From Dehalococcoidia bacterium (GTDB lineage Bacteria > Chloroflexota > Dehalococcoidia > SM23-28-2 > RBG-16-64-32), in contig CAXXTF010000001.1 in assembly GCA_963665775.2 (NCBI GenBank), forward strand, positions 608,001-672,000: DNA of 64,000 nucleotides. The letters are read 5' to 3'. Under the pieces are notes generated by a model. The model worked only from the letters and a program-made list of their open reading frames with translations, was not told the origin of the DNA and did not search any database. Shown piece after piece: positions 28,762 through 40,108 of this stretch. The position numbers were made by a program, and so were the translations under genes. The stretch's first letter is position 1. Every line of letters begins with the position of its first letter.

Positions 28762-30777
28762 TTACCGCAGCAGCTCCCGTGTTTTTGCGGCCACATTCTC
28801 CGCCGTAAACCCGAACCTCTCCAACACCACCGCCCCCGGCGCCGAGGCCCCGAAGCGATCCACACTGACCGTGGCGTCGGCCCAGCGCCGCCACCCGAAG
28901 GAGGTCGCGGCCTCGACGGCGAGGCGGGGGACGCCCGGCGGCAAGACCTGGGTCTGGTAGTCCTCCGGCTGAGCGTCGAACAGCTCCCAGGAAGGCATGG
29001 AGACCACGCGTGCCGACACCCCCTCCGACGCGAGGAGATCGCGGGCCTCGAGGCAGAGGGAAACCTCGGAGCCCGTCCCGATGAGGACAGCATCGGTTCC
29101 GTCCTCCACCACGTATGCCCCTCGCTCTAACGAGCCGCCCGGCGCCAGCACCGGCAGCTTCTGCCGGGAGAGGACGATCACCGTGGGTCCGTCGCTGCGC
29201 TGCAGCGCCAGCCGCCAAGCGGCGGCGGTCTCGTTGGCGTCGGCGGCGCGCAGCAGGACGAGGTTCGGTATCGCCCGCAGGCTGGCCAGATGCTCGACCG
29301 GCTGATGGGTGGGGCCATCCTCCCCCAATCCAATGGAGTCGTGCGTGTACACGAACACGACCGGTATCCCCATCAGGGCCGCCAACCGGATCGCCGGCCG
29401 CATGTAGTCGGAGAACACCAGGAAAGTGGCGCCGTACACCTGAAAGCCGCCGTGCAGGGCGATGCCGTTCAGCACCGCGCCCATGGCGTGCTCTCGAAGG
29501 CCGAAGTGGAAGTTACGTGCAGCAAAGTCGCCACGGTTGATGTCCCCGTGACCATTGAGATACGTGTCTGTAGACGGGGCCAGATCAGCGGAACCACCCA
29601 CGAGCTCAGGGACGACCCCCGCGATGGCGTTCAGCACGGCGCCGGAGGCGGACCGGGTGGCAATCTGGTCGCCCGGCGGGAACGTCGGCAGAACAGCTTC
29701 CCAATCCGCCGGCAGCTCCCGGGCCAGCACCCTCTGATACGCCGCCGCCAGCTCAGGGTGAGCGGCGGCGTAGGCGGAAACGGCGCTGCTCCACTCCTGG
29801 TGAGCCGCGGCTCCCGCCTCTACCGCCCTACGGAACACATTCAAGGCCTCTTCCGGGACCGTGAACGGCTCCTCATACGGCCAGCCCAGGTTGCGCTTGG
29901 TGGCCCGCACCTCTTCTTCGCCGAGGGGCGCGCCGTGGGCCGCCGCCGTGTCCTGCTTGCCGGGCGAGCCGTAGGCGATGTGGGTCGGCACCACCACCAG
30001 GGTCGGGCGCTGCGGCTCCGAACGGGCCTCCTCGATGACCCGATTGATCTCTGCCAGATCGTTCCCGTCCGCGATCCGGAGGACGTTCCAGCCGTAGGCG
30101 CGAAAGCGGTCCGCCACCTGCTCGCGGAAGGTGAGATCGGTGGAACCCTCGATGGTGATCTGGTTGTCGTCGTAGAAGACGATGAGCTTGCCCAGATGGA
30201 AGTTTCCGGCCAGGGAGCAGGCCTCTGATGCTATCCCTTCCATCAGGTCGCCGTCGCTGGCGATGACGTAAGTGTAGTGGTCCACCACCTCAGGCCCCGG
30301 ACGGTTGAACCGCGCCGCTAGCATCCGCTCCGCAATGGCCATACCGACAGCGCTGGCGATGCCCTGGCCCAGCGGGCCGGTGGTCGCCTCCACGCCTGGG
30401 GCATGGCCGTACTCCGGGTGTCCCGGCGTCCGGGAACCCCACTGGCGGAAGCGCTTGATCTCGTCCAGGCTCAGGTCATAGCCGGTCAGATGCAGGAGGG
30501 AGTAGAGGAGCATCGAGGCGTGCCCATTGGAGAGGACGAACCGATCGCGATCGGGCCAGGAGGGATCGCGGGGGTTGTGCTTCAGGTATCTAGTCCAGAG
30601 CGCATAGGCCAGCGGTGCCAGCCCCATCGGCGCACCGGGGTGACCTGAATTCGCCTTCTGCACGGCGTCCATGGACAGGGTGCGGATCGTGTTGATACAG
30701 AGCTCGTCCAGATCATCCGGTGGGTGCGCGCGCAGCCTGACATCCGGTCGCAGATCAGAGCTGGTGTCGTCCGTCAT
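28762..30777 (-). CDS. tkt: Transketolase
   Basis: [46 protein letters not shown]. Confidence 0.97.
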   Translation of the reverse strand: MTDDTSSDLRPDVRLRAHPPDDLDELCINTIRTLSMDAVQKANSGHPGAPMGLAPLAYALWTRYLKHNPRDPSWPDRDRFVLSNGHASMLLYSLLHLTGYDLSLDEIKRFRQWGSRTPGHPEYGHAPGVEATTGPLGQGIASAVGMAIAERMLAARFNRPGPEVVDHYTYVIASDGDLMEGIASEACSLAGNFHLGKLIVFYDDNQITIEGSTDLTFREQVADRFRAYGWNVLRIADGNDLAEINRVIEEARSEPQRPTLVVVPTHIAYGSPGKQDTAAAHGAPLGEEEVRATKRNLGWPYEEPFTVPEEALNVFRRAVEAGAAAHQEWSSAVSAYAAAHPELAAAYQRVLARELPADWEAVLPTFPPGDQIATRSASGAVLNAIAGVVPELVGGSADLAPSTDTYLNGHGDINRGDFAARNFHFGLREHAMGAVLNGIALHGGFQVYGATFLVFSDYMRPAIRLAALMGIPVVFVYTHDSIGLGEDGPTHQPVEHLASLRAIPNLVLLRAADANETAAAWRLALQRSDGPTVIVLSRQKLPVLAPGGSLERGAYVVEDGTDAVLIGTGSEVSLCLEARDLLASEGVSARVVSMPSWELFDAQPEDYQTQVLPPGVPRLAVEAATSFGWRRWADATVSVDRFGASAPGAVVLERFGFTAENVAAKTRELLR

Positions 30778-30965
30778 CCTGCTTTCCTCCTAGCCTGCCT
30801 TTCCCGCCCTCCCGAGCCGGCGGATGCGGCCCGAGACTCCCCCCTTTACGTAGCGTCTCCTGACCCTCAGGCGATAATTCTATCACCGACCGTTGCCCCT
30901 TGACCGCGATGGGGGGCACGACCCCGCATCCCCTCGCTTCGGCACCAGCCAGCGGCGGCTATCCC

Positions 30966-32795
30966 TCAGCGGCTGTTCCCGGCACCGCTCAGGGATCGGT
31001 CCAGGTTATAGGCGGCGCTGACCAGGGTCAGATGGGTGAACGCCTGCGGAAAGTTTCCCAGCGCCTCGCCCGTAAGGCCTATCTCCTCGGAGTACAGTCC
31101 CAGGTGGTTCGCGTACCCCAGCATCCGTTCGAACAGGAATCGCGCCTCGTCCAGGCGGCCCTGTCGGGTCAGGCACTCCACCAGCCAGAAGGTACACAGA
31201 GAGAACGTGCCCTCATTGCCGCTGAACCCATCGTCGGCGGCCTCCCCCGGATCGTACCTCCGCACGAGGCTGTCGCTGGTCAGCTCCTTCAGCGTGGCAT
31301 CGACGGTCCGGATCATGCGAGGGTCGGTCGGCGACATAAAGAACACGAGCGGCATGATCAGATTCGCTGCGTCCAGCGCCGACGAACCGTAGTGCTGGAC
31401 GAAGGCGTCCCGCTCGTCATTCCAGCCGTGGGTCATGATCTCCTCGTAGATGGTGTCTCGCTCCCGCTCCCAGAGACCGCGGTTTCCCGGAAAGGAGCGC
31501 CTGGTGGCGAGGCGCAGCCCCCTGTCCAAGGCGACCCAGCACATCAGCTTGGAGTAGACGAAGTGAAACTGCCCGCCGCGCACCTCCCAGATCCCCTGGT
31601 CGGGGCGGCGCCAGTTCTCGGCGACCCAGTCGAGGATCTTCTGGATCTGCCTCCACAGATCATAGGAGATCGGCGAGCCGTACTTGTTGAACAGGTAGAT
31701 CGAATCCATCAACTCTCCGTAAGTGTCCATCTGGAACTGGTCGCGGGCGTCGTTACCCACCCGCACCGGCCTCGAATCCCGGTATCCCCGCAGGTGGTCC
31801 AGCGTTTCCTCCTTGGGGATGTGATGTCCATCGATCGTGTAGACGCTGCGCAGCCCGTCCCTCTCGTCGAAGTCCAGCATGCGGCCCTCTAGCCACCGCA
31901 TAAAGTGGCGCGCCTCGTCCGTCATCCCCACGCGCATGAAGGCGTACAACGTGAACGCCGCGTCCCGCAACCAGGTGAATCGATAGTCGTAGTTACGCCC
32001 CCCCCCGACGCATTCCGGCAGGCTTGTCGTGGGGGCGGCCACCAGGGCACCCGTGGGCGCGTAGGTCAACAGCTTAAGGGTCAGCAAGGACCGCTGCACC
32101 ATCTCCCGCCAGCGGCCCCTGTAGCTGGACTTCGCCAGCCAGCGCCGCCAGAAGGCGATCGTCTGCTCGGAGAGCTGCCAGGCCGCCTCCTCGCTGAGGT
32201 GGAGTTGCTCCTCGCCGGGCCGGAGGGGGCGCAGTACGAAGGCCACCTTCTCCCCCTCTTGCAACGTGAACTCGCACTCCACCGCCCCGTCGCGCACAAC
32301 GTACGGTCGGGCCACCGTCAGCCCCAGGCGATCACCATCGTCCGATACGAAAACCACCCCGTCGTCGTAACGCTCCACCCGATGCGACGTGCGGGCGTAG
32401 TTGAATGCCGGGAAGCATTCCATCCGCACGCGGGTTTCGCCGCGCAGGCACTGCACGTGACGGATGATGGCGTGCGGGTGGCCATCTTCCGCGGGCCCGT
32501 CCGTCAGGACCGGCATGAAGTCCATAACGCGTACCACCCCGGCCGCCTCGGAGAAGCGCGTGATGAGAACGTTGGTCTCCGGGTAATAGAGCTGCCGGTG
32601 GTTCACCTTCCCCACACCGGAAACCCTGAAGTGTCCGCCCTTCTCGATATCGAGGATAGCCCCGAACACGCTGGGCGAATCGAAGTGAGGCAGGCAACAC
32701 CAGTCGATCGACCCGTCATTCCCCACCAACGCGGCCGTATGAAGGTCGCCGATAATCCCGTAATCGTCTATAGGTTTGTGGTCCAAGATCGACAA
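30966..32795 (-). CDS. Glycoside hydrolase family 15 (trehalase/glucoamylase-like)
   Basis: [42 protein letters not shown]. Confidence 0.95.
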   Translation of the reverse strand: MSILDHKPIDDYGIIGDLHTAALVGNDGSIDWCCLPHFDSPSVFGAILDIEKGGHFRVSGVGKVNHRQLYYPETNVLITRFSEAAGVVRVMDFMPVLTDGPAEDGHPHAIIRHVQCLRGETRVRMECFPAFNYARTSHRVERYDDGVVFVSDDGDRLGLTVARPYVVRDGAVECEFTLQEGEKVAFVLRPLRPGEEQLHLSEEAAWQLSEQTIAFWRRWLAKSSYRGRWREMVQRSLLTLKLLTYAPTGALVAAPTTSLPECVGGGRNYDYRFTWLRDAAFTLYAFMRVGMTDEARHFMRWLEGRMLDFDERDGLRSVYTIDGHHIPKEETLDHLRGYRDSRPVRVGNDARDQFQMDTYGELMDSIYLFNKYGSPISYDLWRQIQKILDWVAENWRRPDQGIWEVRGGQFHFVYSKLMCWVALDRGLRLATRRSFPGNRGLWERERDTIYEEIMTHGWNDERDAFVQHYGSSALDAANLIMPLVFFMSPTDPRMIRTVDATLKELTSDSLVRRYDPGEAADDGFSGNEGTFSLCTFWLVECLTRQGRLDEARFLFERMLGYANHLGLYSEEIGLTGEALGNFPQAFTHLTLVSAAYNLDRSLSGAGNSR

Positions 32796-32941
32796 CCCTC
32801 CAAGCGGACATCCACGGCAGGCCCCCTGGCCCCTACGTTATCTATGCCCTTCTATCATCCATCTACTGCAGCGTTAAGCACAACACGTCCCAGGGGGACC
32901 GTACGGACGCCGGAGCCCGAGCCGTCCCTAGCGGCGGGCAG

Positions 32942-33303
32942 CTACCCCTCACAGGAGGGCGACCCGGCCGAGTAGGGCTGCGCGGTGTGGGGGATGCAGC
33001 AGATGAAACGGAAGACCTCGTCTCCGGTGTTGGTGCAGCAGTGCTCCTCGTTCGGCGCTACGACCCGACATCGTTGGGGGCCAGAGGCCGCTCGCCCTTA
33101 TCGCCGCGCGCCTTACCGCGCCCGGAGAGGATGAACAGCTCGTGCTCCGATTCGCGGGTGGGCAACGGCGTCGAGCTACCGACCGCCACCGCGAAGACAG
33201 GCATCGAGAACCGAGGCGCCTCCGCCGCGGAGATGACTGAGCGCAGGGCGACATCCGGAATGTCCGTGTCCGCCGGTACCTCCCGATAGTTGCGTACCTT
33301 CAC
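32942..33303 (-). pseudogene. Cupin-domain protein, frameshifted near 33065
   Basis: EAPRFSMPVF...EHELFILSGRG; second frame VAPNEEHCCTNTGDEVFRFICCIP. Confidence 0.75.
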
Positions 33304-33348
33304 GGCTCACCTCCGCCTGCTGGCTAATCGAGGTCCGAGGCGGGCCCC

Positions 33349-34551
33349 CTAGTCTCTGGCCAGGACCACAGTAGCCCCGCTATGTATGGCGCCTATCCCT
33401 CCACCGGTGCCGTGGCACAGGGCTATCTTGCAATCCTTCACCTGGCTCTCCCCCTGGTTGCCCCACAGCTGGCGAGCGGCCTCGATCAGGAGGAACATCC
33501 CCCGCGCACCCGGGTGGTTAGAGGAGAGGCCGCCCCCGTCAGTGTTGAGGGGGAAGTCCCCATCGAACCGCATGTTCTTGCTGGCCACGAACGGCCCGCC
33601 CTCGCCAATCTTGCAGAACCCCAACCCCTCCAGGGTGGTCAGGACGGTGATCGTGTAGGAGTCGTAGAGCATGCAGAGGTCGATATCGTCGTGCGTAACC
33701 CCGGCGTCGGCGAAGGCCCGGGGGCCCGACTCGGCGGCTGCGATCCGCCCGTAGTCCCGATAGCCGGCGTCGCGGTGCCCGATGGCCATGGCGCCCCCCA
33801 GCAGCCAGACTGGCGGCTGCTTGCAGCCCCGCGCCACCTCCGGGCTGGCCACCACCACAGCGCCGGCGCCGTCGGTGACGACGCAGCAGTCCAGCAGGTG
33901 CAAGGGCGCGCAGATCAGCCGCGAGTCCACCACATCCTCCACCGTGATCGGGGTCTGGTACTTGGCCTGGGGGTTGAAGGAGGCGTTGTAGCGGGTATCC
34001 ACGGAGATCTCCGCCAGCTGCTCGCTGGTGGTGCCGTACTCGTACATGTGGCGCTGCGCAACCTGGGCGTAGCCGGCCACCCCCACCAGTCCATAGAGGG
34101 AGGAGAACGCCTCCGTCCAGGAGGGAGCCGGACGAGCTGCCGCCCTGATCGCCGAGGAACTACGAGGTCGCCTCGAGCCGCCGGTACCGCCGCCCCAACC
34201 CCGGCTGACGGAGAGCTGGGAGTAGGTGATGAGCCCCACGTTCATCAGGCCGGCGTTGATGAAGGACGCCGCCTCCAGCACAAACCGGAGGAACGTAGCG
34301 CCCCCTATGTTAGTGTCGCCGACGATCCTGGGGTGAATGTTCAGATAGTCGCAATAGGTAGCGGCGCTCATGTTCTCCACGGGGGCGGTGACCCCGAAGA
34401 AGCCGTCCACATCCTTCAGGGTGAGGCCCGCGCCCTCCAGCGCCTCCCTGGCGCATTCCGCCTCAATCCCCATCTCCGTGTAACCAGGAGCTACCCGCAA
34501 CGGGTGTTCATAAGCACCGACGATAGCTGCTTTCCTAGCGAGGGAACCCAT
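33349..34551 (-). CDS. Thiolase-family protein (SCP2/LTP-type)
   Basis: PLHLLDCCVVTDGAGA, LYDSYT, PLNTDGGGLS, HGTGG. Confidence 0.92.
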   Translation of the reverse strand: MGSLARKAAIVGAYEHPLRVAPGYTEMGIEAECAREALEGAGLTLKDVDGFFGVTAPVENMSAATYCDYLNIHPRIVGDTNIGGATFLRFVLEAASFINAGLMNVGLITYSQLSVSRGWGGGTGGSRRPRSSSAIRAAARPAPSWTEAFSSLYGLVGVAGYAQVAQRHMYEYGTTSEQLAEISVDTRYNASFNPQAKYQTPITVEDVVDSRLICAPLHLLDCCVVTDGAGAVVVASPEVARGCKQPPVWLLGGAMAIGHRDAGYRDYGRIAAAESGPRAFADAGVTHDDIDLCMLYDSYTITVLTTLEGLGFCKIGEGGPFVASKNMRFDGDFPLNTDGGGLSSNHPGARGMFLLIEAARQLWGNQGESQVKDCKIALCHGTGGGIGAIHSGATVVLARD

Positions 34552-34765
34552 TGAAGCCTCCTTACTTACTCCTAATGACTCGCGCTCTTAGCCTGGACGG
34601 GCGTCCAGCGTCTTTGTGGCGCGATTATACACCACTCGCAAGTCCCGGCTACAGCGCGGCCGGTTCGCCAGCCGGGAGAGCGGCCTCCGCTGATCGCCGA
34701 CCTGACCGACGCCCGTCCCCCAAGATCGCTTGCCCCATGTGTAGGACGGGCGCCTAATTGTCAAA

Positions 34766-34840
34766 TGGAGCGGGCGGTGGGGATCGAACCCACGACAGCC
34801 TGCTTGGAAGGCAGGCGCTCTACCACTGAGCTACGCCCGC
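34766..34840 (-). tRNA. tRNA-Gly (TCC)
   Basis: GCGGGCGTAGCTCAGTGGTAGAGCG-CCTGC-CTTCCAA-GCAGG...GGTTCGATCCCCACCGCCCGCTCCA. Confidence 0.97.
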
Positions 34841-34989
34841 TCAGACTCGTATCCAGTTAGAGCGTCTAACTGGCGAAGGCTTGATGTACAGCGTGTCTGC
34901 AGCGCATAAGTGAACCACTACAGCACAATCATGCGAAGGAGCCAGAACCATGCGCCAAGCCGCCGCGCCCATTACAGCAGTGGGCGACA

Positions 34990-35177
34990 TCGCTGTCAAC
35001 ATCGAATCCTTTGCCCGCCCTCTTACGGCCTCGATAACCTGCTCCGGCTTCGTCCGATCCGCCCTGATGCGCTCCACCTCCTGGGGTGACGGCCAACTGG
35101 AACTCCGTTTCCGATGCCGCGCCGCGCCGGTAATACGGGGATTCACCCACACCCACGATAGCAGTTGTACCTCTCAT
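34990..35177 (-). pseudogene. Thiolase N-terminal fragment joined to a probable NAD-dependent epimerase fragment
   Basis: MRGTTAIVGVGESPYYRRG...FQLA, then PQEVERIRADRTKPEQVIEAVRG. Confidence 0.55.
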
Positions 35178-35373
35178 CTCTCTCCCTCCGCTGGCTTATC
35201 CCGCGGCGAGCGGTCTTCCTACGTCCTCGCAACACCGGCGATTGGGAAGGTATTATACGGCGGACTCTGATGCGACCGAAGCGCCGCGCAGTCGGGTTCG
35301 CCTATGCTCCTCCGCCAGCTCTTGATGGGGGAATTCGCCCTGTGCCCCACGATTTTCAGGGGCGGCCCACACG

Positions 35374-36996
35374 CTAGTCGAAGAGTTCGGCGGCCCGCTC
35401 TCCCGTCATGACTGCGGTCGCGTTGGTGCAGCGCCGCACGGCCTCCGGCCAGATGGACGTATCGACGACTCGCAGATTCCGGATCCCTTTGACCCGGCAG
35501 TATTGGTCCACGACAGCCGTCTCGTCACGGTCCGGACCCATCCTGCAGGTGCCGGCCATGTGGAAATAGGTGAACACATGCTGCTGGAGGTGCTGGTCCA
35601 GAGCGGCGTCTGAAGCGAGCTCTTCGTCCGTGGGAGAAAGCCGCTCCACGCCCAGCCTCTGGAAGGGCTGGCTCTCCACTAGCGAGACCATCAGACGGGC
35701 GCCGTAACGCAACCGCTGGAGGTCGAAGGGGTCTTCCAGGTAGTGGGACTCGATGCGTGGTTTATCGTATGGATCAGCGGAGGTTAGGGTTATTTCACCC
35801 CGGCTGTTGTTCTTCATGAGAGCGACCGCGAGCCCCATCCCCTGACCGAACCGCGCCTCTTCCAGGACTCGCTTGATCGACATCGTGCGCATCATCTTGA
35901 GCCCCATCATCGCCTTGCCGAGGAGCGACCTCTTGTACAGAAGCTGGACGTTGTGGGGGATGCTCGTGGCCAGGCTGAACAGGTCGCTGTGGAAGGGAGA
36001 GCCCTCGGCGGTGTAGTGCATGCCCACGTGCACGCCGGAATGCTGTGTGGGGTCGACCTTGATCTGTTTCCTGAGGCGGTACTGGATCGTCGTGCCCTGG
36101 ACGTGGTCGGTGAACCTCTTCCCTACATACGGAATGTCACAGATGACCGGAATCTCGAACCGCTTGAGCTCCGCTGCCGGCCCGACTCCGGACAACATGA
36201 GGAGGTGCGCCGACTTGATCGCACCGCTGGAAAGGACGATCTCGTCACCCTGAATGACCGTCCTTTCACCGTTGTAGTCCACCTCCACGCCCATCGCTTC
36301 ACGCCCTGAGAAGGTTACCCGCCGCGCGTAGCATTCACCCCGCACCGTGAGGTTTGGGCGCTCGCCAGAGATCGGCTCCAGGTAGCGGTGGGCCGTGTTC
36401 ATCCTGATTCCACGGACATTGTTCACCGCCAGGGCGCCGACGCCGTAGGACTTGGGGGAATTCATGTCCGGATCAGCGGGGAACCCGGCCTCCTGGCAGG
36501 CCTCGAGAAAAGCGTGGTCGGTGGGAACGAACTCGTCGGGCTTGTGCCGCCGGACCTGGATGGGGCCATCCATCCCGTGCCATTCGGTCCCATGGTCCAG
36601 GTCAGTCTCGAGTTTCTTGAAGAAAGGGAGGACTTTGTCGAAGGCCCACTGGTCGTTGCCGCTTTCAGCCCATTCGTTGAAGTCCTCGGGAAGACCCCTT
36701 TCGAAGATCGTGCCGTTTACAGCGCTGCCACCACCGACCACTTTGCCCCGAGGGACGATCTGTCTCGCGCCTTGCGTCGTGAGTTCTCCCTCAAATGCCC
36801 AGTTATTCGGATGGCCGGGGTCCATCGCCCCCTGTAGACCGCCATGTCGTAGCTCCAGGGGGTACTCGTCCAGGGTTCTGAAGTGGGGCCCGGCATCCAA
36901 TAGAAGGACCTTGCGGTCTGGATTCTCAGACAGGCGGGCAGCCAGTGGGACGCCTGCGGATCCGGCACCGACGATGATGACGTCGTAACGTTCCAT
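35374..36996 (-). CDS. GMC-family FAD oxidoreductase
   Basis: IVGAGSAG, RGKVVGGGSAVNG, LMLSGVGP, HMAGTCRMG, LRVVDTS. Confidence 0.94.
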   Translation of the reverse strand: MERYDVIIVGAGSAGVPLAARLSENPDRKVLLLDAGPHFRTLDEYPLELRHGGLQGAMDPGHPNNWAFEGELTTQGARQIVPRGKVVGGGSAVNGTIFERGLPEDFNEWAESGNDQWAFDKVLPFFKKLETDLDHGTEWHGMDGPIQVRRHKPDEFVPTDHAFLEACQEAGFPADPDMNSPKSYGVGALAVNNVRGIRMNTAHRYLEPISGERPNLTVRGECYARRVTFSGREAMGVEVDYNGERTVIQGDEIVLSSGAIKSAHLLMLSGVGPAAELKRFEIPVICDIPYVGKRFTDHVQGTTIQYRLRKQIKVDPTQHSGVHVGMHYTAEGSPFHSDLFSLATSIPHNVQLLYKRSLLGKAMMGLKMMRTMSIKRVLEEARFGQGMGLAVALMKNNSRGEITLTSADPYDKPRIESHYLEDPFDLQRLRYGARLMVSLVESQPFQRLGVERLSPTDEELASDAALDQHLQQHVFTYFHMAGTCRMGPDRDETAVVDQYCRVKGIRNLRVVDTSIWPEAVRRCTNATAVMTGERAAELFD

Positions 36997-37047
36997 TCCT
37001 TTGCTCCTCTACCGCCTGCCGCTGCGACGGTCGTCGGTTGCCAATAC

Positions 37048-37548
37048 CTACAAGGTCCATTCCCCGGTCCGGACCCAATGGAGCAGCGGCTCGCGAAGAG
37101 CTTCTGATACCAGCTCTACGCACACGCCGTGGGCCCCGGACGGGTCCAGGTAGGCGATCTGGCTCCCTCCCGACTCCGCCGGCACCCCCAGTTGCTCGGC
37201 CCGTTTCAGAAGCTCCGGGATGTTGTCCACGAAGTAGCCGAGGTGGAAGACCCCTTCCCCGTGCTCTCGCAGGTGCTTCGCCAGGCTCGACTGCGCTGTC
37301 CCCGTAGGCTGTAGGAACTCCAGTAGGGGCAAGTCCGTAACGGAATAGGCAAACTTCATCCCCGGAGATGGTGCCGGCTCGCCGTGCCAGTGCCAGGTCG
37401 ATGCTTGCTCAGTGGTCTCCCGGAGCCGCCAGTCCCGAATGCCGAACGCCTTGCCGTACCGCTCCATCGCCTTCTCTATGTCATAAACTGCGATACCGAT
37501 GTGGTATGGAGCACCGAGTCCGAGATCAAGAACAGGTTCACCACTCAT
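37048..37548 (-). CDS. VOC-family protein (methylmalonyl-CoA epimerase-like)
   Basis: YHIGIAVYD, LEFLQP, GEGVFHLGYFV, GVCVELV. Confidence 0.88.
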   Translation of the reverse strand: MSGEPVLDLGLGAPYHIGIAVYDIEKAMERYGKAFGIRDWRLRETTEQASTWHWHGEPAPSPGMKFAYSVTDLPLLEFLQPTGTAQSSLAKHLREHGEGVFHLGYFVDNIPELLKRAEQLGVPAESGGSQIAYLDPSGAHGVCVELVSEALREPLLHWVRTGEWTL

Positions 37549-37686
37549 TGTTCCGTTGCTCCTTCCTCAGTACTTTAGCGGTGGCTCCCTGATTATTTCC
37601 TGGCGTGCTTCATCAATCTTGCCTGAATGATAGCCGCCGTTTGGTTCGGATCGATTTTCGATTCCCCATCATAACACCACGCGGAA

Positions 37687-37881
37687 TCAAGTAAACGAGT
37701 CAACCTTGCTCATGGTCCAGATGGGACGCACGATATAGCTGGGGAGCAAAGCTGCCTTGAGCCCCAGTACCATGACCGCGTACTCCAGCTCCTCTATCGC
37801 TTCCTGCGGTGTGTTCGCGGGGATGGTTGCCGCCGCCGTCATGCGGTCGCCGTACTCGCCGTAGAGCTCCGTCGCAACCAC
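37687..37881 (-). pseudogene. Amidohydrolase internal fragment
   Basis: YGDRMTAAATIPANTPQEAIEELEYAV.VLGLKA. Confidence 0.7.
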
Positions 37882-37904
37882 TACCCGGAAAGAGAGAGAT
37901 TAAA

Positions 37905-38308
37905 ATGCAGGAACAAATCCCCAGGCCGCTGCCTCAACCCAATCTCGATACACAGCCCTATTGGGACGCAGCCAAGCAAGGCAAGCTGGTCGTTCAGTAC
38001 TGTCCCCAGACCGGTCAGTATCAGCATCCGCCGAAGCCGTCAATGGTGGGATGCAGATTTGACTTCGAGTGGCAGGAGGTGAAGGGCACCGGCAAGATCT
38101 ACTCCTTCACTATCGTAGGTCCTCCGGCGCATCCGGCCTTCGAGCCGCCGTACGCGGTCATTTTAGTTGAAATCGATGACGCGCCCGGGGTACGCATAGT
38201 CGCAAACATCAAGGGCGTCGAGCCGGAGAAGCTGGAGATCGGGATGCCGGTCAAGGTCCAGTTCGAGACCGTGGAGGACGTACCTTGCCCTATTTCGTCC
38301 CGGCGTAG
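37905..38308 (+). CDS. DUF35 OB-fold (thiolase partner) protein, 1-bp frameshift near the C-terminus
   Basis: PYWDAAKQGKL, GTGKIYSFT, PPYAVILVE, IGMPVKV. Natural tail TLPYFVPA* lies in the shifted frame. Confidence 0.85.
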
Positions 38309-38597
38309 AGAAGCGAGTCCGATACAAGTGAGGAGCGTGCCGCTCGGGCGTGGATCGGTCGGAGGCTGAGCAAGGGCTATGCGCTGGAGAAGATCGCCTG
38401 CGAGGTGCTGAAGATAGATGCGCTCGGGCTTGACTTTGCTGTAGCCATAAATGGATGATGTAAGGCCGTTGAGCACGGGGGGATATCGCCTAGGACGCCC
38501 AAGAAGCGGTGTCGGATATCCTCATTGATAGCGGGGCCTGGCATGCTGCTTGCACGATGATATGGTATCCAGGGTTGATTCGGAAGGGAGTATAGAT

Positions 38598-39125
38598 ATG
38601 CCGATCTACGAGTTCGAGGGTAAGAGACCAAGGATAGGAGCCAGCTCCTATGTTCACCCAACGGCAGTGATCATCGGGGACGTCGTCATCGGGGAACGCT
38701 GTTGGATCGGGCCTAACGTCACCTTGAGGGCGGATGTTAGCGAGATTCGGGTGGCGGACGGCTCCAACATCCAGGACAACTGCGTTTTTCATGGCAGAAC
38801 TACGCTAGGCCCTTACTCGCATATTGGGCATGCGGCGACGATTCATGGTGCTACCCTGGGCGAGCATGTCCTCGTGGCCATCAACGCTACGGTCCTGGAT
38901 GGGGCACGTATCGGCGACTGGTGCACCATCGCCGCCGGGGCTGTGGTGCCCCCGCGGGCTGTGGTGCCGCCTCGCAAGATGGTCATGGGTGTGCCAGGAG
39001 CTGTCGTCGGTGATGCGCCGACGGACCGCGAAGATCGGTTTGACGAAGCTTCCGGTTACCTGGCACTGGTTGGAAGGTATAAAGAGGGGCTACGAGAAGT
39101 CGGGATCGAAGAAGTAAAGGGCTAG
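38598..39125 (+). CDS. Gamma carbonic anhydrase-family (hexapeptide repeat) protein
   Basis: YVHPTAVIIGDV, LRAD, SNIQDNCVFH, IGH...HG, GVPG. Confidence 0.92.
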   Translation: MPIYEFEGKRPRIGASSYVHPTAVIIGDVVIGERCWIGPNVTLRADVSEIRVADGSNIQDNCVFHGRTTLGPYSHIGHAATIHGATLGEHVLVAINATVLDGARIGDWCTIAAGAVVPPRAVVPPRKMVMGVPGAVVGDAPTDREDRFDEASGYLALVGRYKEGLREVGIEEVKG

Positions 39126-39206
39126 CCTAGTCCGGGCGGCGCTATTAGAGGCGAACTTTCCGAACCGGCGGCAGGGCTGCCCCAAGTTCTAGTTGGGAGT
39201 GAACCG

Positions 39207-39386
39207 GTGGCCAGAACGATGTCCACAGAAGAGATCACCCGCGCTGTGGGAGAAGCCATGGAAGAAACCATGAGGATGGAGGATTATCCGGAGCGTCTCT
39301 TGCCCTACACGCCGGCTGAGCTGAAATTCTTGAGGGAGTTCGTCGGCAGAGCCATAATCCGAGTGTTGGAGCAAGTTGAGGCGTAG
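39207..39386 (+). CDS. Small hypothetical protein (59 aa), absent from the ORF track
   Basis: MARTMSTEEITRAVGEAMEETMRMEDYPERLLPYTPAELKFLREFVGRAIIRVLEQVEA; GGGAG upstream. Confidence 0.5.
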   Translation: MARTMSTEEITRAVGEAMEETMRMEDYPERLLPYTPAELKFLREFVGRAIIRVLEQVEA

Positions 39387-39491
39387 GCCTAACGGCCGCT
39401 TCGCGTTCCGCTGCTGGCGGGCGATCTCGCCCACGGCACGGAGTATGCGTTTCCCAGGGCCGAGCGACGTACCAATCTTGAGGAGGCTGCC

Positions 39492-39944
39492 ATGTCCTAT
39501 ACTGACCGATCTGAAATAGTGCGCAGAATGAGTGAAGCCAGAGACAGTATGGCCAAGGAGCTAACTGATATCTCTGCTGAGGAGGCGAACAGGGGCTCGT
39601 CCTGGGCCGTGGTCGATCTTCTACGGCACTTGCGCGGTCGGCCCTACTACATCAACCTGGCCGAGCGGGTTATCAAGGGAGAGACAGTGTCTCCGCCCCG
39701 CAGGCCATCGCCGGGGGAGATGTGGCAGCGGACCGTTGAACAGACCCTGAAGGATATGGACGAGTGCATAGGCTGGGTTGAGGCGCTGCAGGACGAGGAC
39801 CTGGAAAAAGGCTTTGGAGAAGGTGCTGAGGGGCGCACAGTCAAATCCCTACTAGAGACGGCGGCCACCCACTACGAGGAGCACCTCGAACAGCTCCGCC
39901 GTGATATCAAGCCTGCCGTCAGGTCTGGAGTGAAGTCCACCTGA
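39492..39944 (+). CDS. DinB-superfamily protein
   Basis: WAVVDLLRHL...HYEEHLEQL; RBS GAGGAGG. Confidence 0.8.
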   Translation: MSYTDRSEIVRRMSEARDSMAKELTDISAEEANRGSSWAVVDLLRHLRGRPYYINLAERVIKGETVSPPRRPSPGEMWQRTVEQTLKDMDECIGWVEALQDEDLEKGFGEGAEGRTVKSLLETAATHYEEHLEQLRRDIKPAVRSGVKST

Positions 39945-40108
39945 CTCCAGGCTGCTTGCCCCGGCCCTCGCGGGAGGCCGGTGCGACATGGGGTCACGGG
40001 ATACAGGCCCCCTGGGGCACAGCACACTTAGGGGTCACCAGGCTGATATTGGGGTTCCGGGCTAACATTGAGCGCGGACCGCCCGGTGTTTAAAGAAGGA
40101 GGCTATTA

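Noticed and set aside
27861-29093. Long alternative-frame or antisense ORFs (also 11720-12565, 29290-30228, 30900-31892, 33382-34554, 58282-59451)
   Set aside because: These are shadows of well-supported genes in high-GC DNA, with no family motifs.
34766-34776. att repeat of tRNA-Gly 3' end (TGGAGCGGGCG also near 15338 and 22675)
   Set aside because: The matches are short, GC-rich and inside coding sequence, and no integrase is adjacent.
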